The notes beneath the pieces were generated by a model that saw only the letters and a program-made list of their open reading frames with translations, was not told the origin of the DNA and did not search any database. A stretch of 64,000 nucleotides of DNA from an uncultured bacterium (GTDB taxonomy: Bacteria > Patescibacteriota > JABMPQ01 > CAVVCK01). Location: positions 139,571 to 203,570 of the forward strand of contig CAVVCK010000002.1 in NCBI GenBank assembly GCA_963746775.1. Reading direction: 5' to 3'. Positions 61,622 to 64,000 of this stretch are shown piece after piece. The position numbers and the translations under genes are program-made. The stretch's first letter is position 1, and every line of letters starts with the position of its first letter.

Positions 61622-62098
61622 ATGAAACAATCATTAAAAACCGGACTTAGTTTCGGCCTAACTTCAGGGATAATAACTACTTTAGGCCTAATAGTCGGTC
61701 TTAATGCTGGTACTGGATCTAGGATTACTGTTATTGTCGGTATTTTGATTATTGCCATCGCCGATGCTATGTCAGATGCTTTAGGCATCCATATTTCCGA
61801 AGAAGCCGAGAGAAGAAATACCACCGGAGAAATATGGGAATCAACTATATCTACTTTTATAACTAAATTTGCCTTCGCTATTACTTTTATTTTTCCAGTT
61901 TTATTTCTGCCCCTAGATATTGCTGTTATAATAAGCGTTACCTGGGGACTTTTGTTACTTGGTGCCTTCAGTTTTTACATTGCTAAAGTACAAAGAGAAA
62001 GTGCCGGACGAATAGTTACTGAACACTTATTAATTGCTATTTTAGTAGTCCTAGCTACAAACTATATAGGTTCTAAAATTAATGTTATCTTTAAATAA
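61622..62098 (+). CDS. VIT1/CCC1-like membrane protein
   Basis: FGLTSGIITTLGL, IADAMSDALGIHISEE. Confidence 0.8.
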   Translation: MKQSLKTGLSFGLTSGIITTLGLIVGLNAGTGSRITVIVGILIIAIADAMSDALGIHISEEAERRNTTGEIWESTISTFITKFAFAITFIFPVLFLPLDIAVIISVTWGLLLLGAFSFYIAKVQRESAGRIVTEHLLIAILVVLATNYIGSKINVIFK

Positions 62099-62100
62099 TC

Positions 62101-62850
62101 ATGGATCTTTATATAATCATTATTGCCAGTCTTGTTACTTTTATAAGCGCTTGGTTTAGTTCTTTAGCGGGCGGAGGAGGATTAATTGTTACACCGGTAT
62201 TAATTTCTTTAGGCATACCCTTACCTATAATTTTAGGTTGCCGAAGACTAACGGTTCTAGGTGGAAATATTACTGGCTTTATTAAATTTTCCCAGTGGAA
62301 AAAAATTGATTATAAGATTACTATATTTTTATCTATCTTTGGAATAATAGGTGCAGTTATTGGTAATTTATTTGTAGAAAATATAAATGAGTTTATTTTA
62401 AAGAAAATTATTGGTTCAATAATAATAATTTTTGCCATATTATTATTTCTTGAAAATAAAGCCTTTATAAAAAATTTAAAGGGTAAATTATACAAACATA
62501 GAAAAATTATCGGTCCGCCTATGGCAATACTGGCTATATTTTTGAGCGTTATAATAGGTGGTGGCGGAGCTGTTGTGTTTACTTATCTTTTGATTATGAT
62601 ATATAGCAACACCATCTTAGAATCATCGGGTAATAGAAAAATGCCTATTTTCTTTGGCAGCTTGATTTCTCTAATTTTATTTATTAAAGCAGGATTTATT
62701 AACTATCCCTTAGCAATTTCTATGTTTATTGCACATGCCCTGGGAGGCTGGTTTGGTTCTCAGTTTTTCCTTAAAAAAGGTGAAAAAGGAGTTAGAACCT
62801 TCTTTTTTATTATAATAATAATTTTAGGTTTTAAAATATTATTTTTCTAA
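62101..62850 (+). CDS. TauE/SafE (TSUP) family transporter
   Basis: GGGGLIVTP..GGGGAV, about 8 TM. Confidence 0.82.
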   Translation: MDLYIIIIASLVTFISAWFSSLAGGGGLIVTPVLISLGIPLPIILGCRRLTVLGGNITGFIKFSQWKKIDYKITIFLSIFGIIGAVIGNLFVENINEFILKKIIGSIIIIFAILLFLENKAFIKNLKGKLYKHRKIIGPPMAILAIFLSVIIGGGGAVVFTYLLIMIYSNTILESSGNRKMPIFFGSLISLILFIKAGFINYPLAISMFIAHALGGWFGSQFFLKKGEKGVRTFFFIIIIILGFKILFF

Positions 62851-62851
62851 T

Positions 62852-63259
62852 ATGAATAAATTTGTAATTAAAAACAGTCAATTAATTAAGTCAGAAAAAG
62901 CTAATATTTCAGTCTTTAATAAGGCTTTATTTTTGATTTTGTTGTTTATTCTAACATGATGGAAATATTAGAGAAGGTACTAGATCCAGCTTTTTTGTTA
63001 TAAAAAATAATATTTTGATAATCCCACCCAAAAAGAAGATATTACTCGTAAAATAATTTTAGAAATTGCACCACAAATCCTAAAAGTAAAAGAAGATGAT
63101 ATTCCTCTGAAAAATATTAAAAATTATGATGAATATTTTATAGACAATGCTAGCATAAATATAATGCCAGTTAGACAAATAGATAATACGATTTTATTAG
63201 AAAGTACTGGTAAAAATACTAAAAAATTGATAGAATTATATAAATGCTATAGAACATAA
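62852..63259 (+). pseudogene. Class IV aminotransferase remnant
   Basis: Fragments in different frames: KANISVFNKALF, IREGTRSSFFVIK, ITRKIILE..DEYFI..IMPVRQID. Confidence 0.65.
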
Positions 63260-63388
63260 GTATTTTTATTATTTTTACTAAATCCGTTTTATTCCGCATT
63301 ATCCGCTATTTTGCTATAGCAGATAATGCGGATTTAAGCAGATAAGCGGAAAATATGTAAATTTTTCAATTATTATAAATATAAATAA

Positions 63389-64000
63389 ATGTACCAAAAA
63401 ACAAAAAAATATATATTTAATATATTAGAGGCATCTTCTCCGCAAAATATTTTTAGCCGTTTATTTGATAGTTTCATCATGATCTTAATCATTTTTAATG
63501 TACTATTTATTATATTAGAAACTGTCCAAAGTATCTCCGCCAGTTATGATTATTACTTTAAAATATTTGAAACCGTCTCTGTTATCATTTTTACAGTTGA
63601 ATATCTCGTTCGTCTCTGGTCATGCAATGCTGATGAGCGATATAAGGGCTTAATTAAAGGAAGATTAAGATTCGCTCTACAGCCTATTATTTTAGTAGAT
63701 TTAATTGCTATCCTGCCTTTTTATTTACCCATGTTTATGACTTTCGATTTAGTTATTCTGCGAGCTCTGCGATTAGTCAGATTATTTAGATTATTTAAAA
63801 TGGAGAGATATGTTAAATCCTTAAAGATTATTAGAAGGGTAACAAAATCTAAAAAAGAAGAGTTGCTAGTTGCTATTTTTGTAGTGCTGATATTATTAGT
63901 GATAACTTCCAGCATGATGTATTTTATTGAACATAAAGCGCAACCAGAGGCTTTTGCTAATATACCAGCCGCTATGTGGTGGGGTGCTTCTACTCTAACT
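63389..64000 (+). CDS. Voltage-gated potassium channel-like ion transporter (runs off window)
   Basis: FTVEYLVRLW, VDLIAILPFYL, S4 RALRLVRLFRLFK, pore helix IPAAMWWGASTLT. Confidence 0.88.
   Translation, partial: MYQKTKKYIFNILEASSPQNIFSRLFDSFIMILIIFNVLFIILETVQSISASYDYYFKIFETVSVIIFTVEYLVRLWSCNADERYKGLIKGRLRFALQPIILVDLIAILPFYLPMFMTFDLVILRALRLVRLFRLFKMERYVKSLKIIRRVTKSKKEELLVAIFVVLILLVITSSMMYFIEHKAQPEAFANIPAAMWWGASTLT

Noticed and set aside
5531-62495. Numerous short antisense ORFs in the track (e.g. 5531-5890, 11539-12111, 15171-15737, 38823-39368, 42982-43407)
   Set aside because: Shadows of well-supported genes on the opposite strand with no recognisable motifs.
63281-63352. Hairpin CCGCATTATCCGCTAT/ATAGCAGATAATGCGG as another attC
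   Set aside because: No AAC..GTT cores in the right register; more likely a REP-like intergenic palindrome.

Overview
AT-rich bacterial chromosome segment. Gene content and style (FG-GAP surface proteins, type IV pilin, Lys-rich RpoD N-terminus, many short orphan proteins) suggest a CPR/Patescibacteria genome; this is inference only. In order it carries: the tmRNA 3' end followed by an inverted-repeat element and a GIY-YIG gene; infC-rpmI-rplT; a codA-like/argG-MGS/pyrDKEF operon behind an attenuator-like leader; ribD-ribBA; five large secreted proteins with different passenger domains on FG-GAP-type C-termini; about 0.75 kb of ORF-free, hairpin-rich sequence with two promoters (candidate ncRNAs); a DNA-repair trio; tRNA-Asn; and rpoD-dnaG. 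The main find is an integron-like locus at ~52.0-57.0 kb. A short IntI-like tyrosine recombinase lacking the IntI-specific insertion is divergent from an attI-like site and about 7 cassettes. The attC-like sites are atypical (1x4 central loop, perfectly paired L stem in attC1/2, branched variable region), each intact gene cassette has its own 14-20 bp terminal inverted repeats, and one ORF-less cassette is duplicated. The same-strand genes that follow include internally deleted remnants of ppcA and a class IV aminotransferase.
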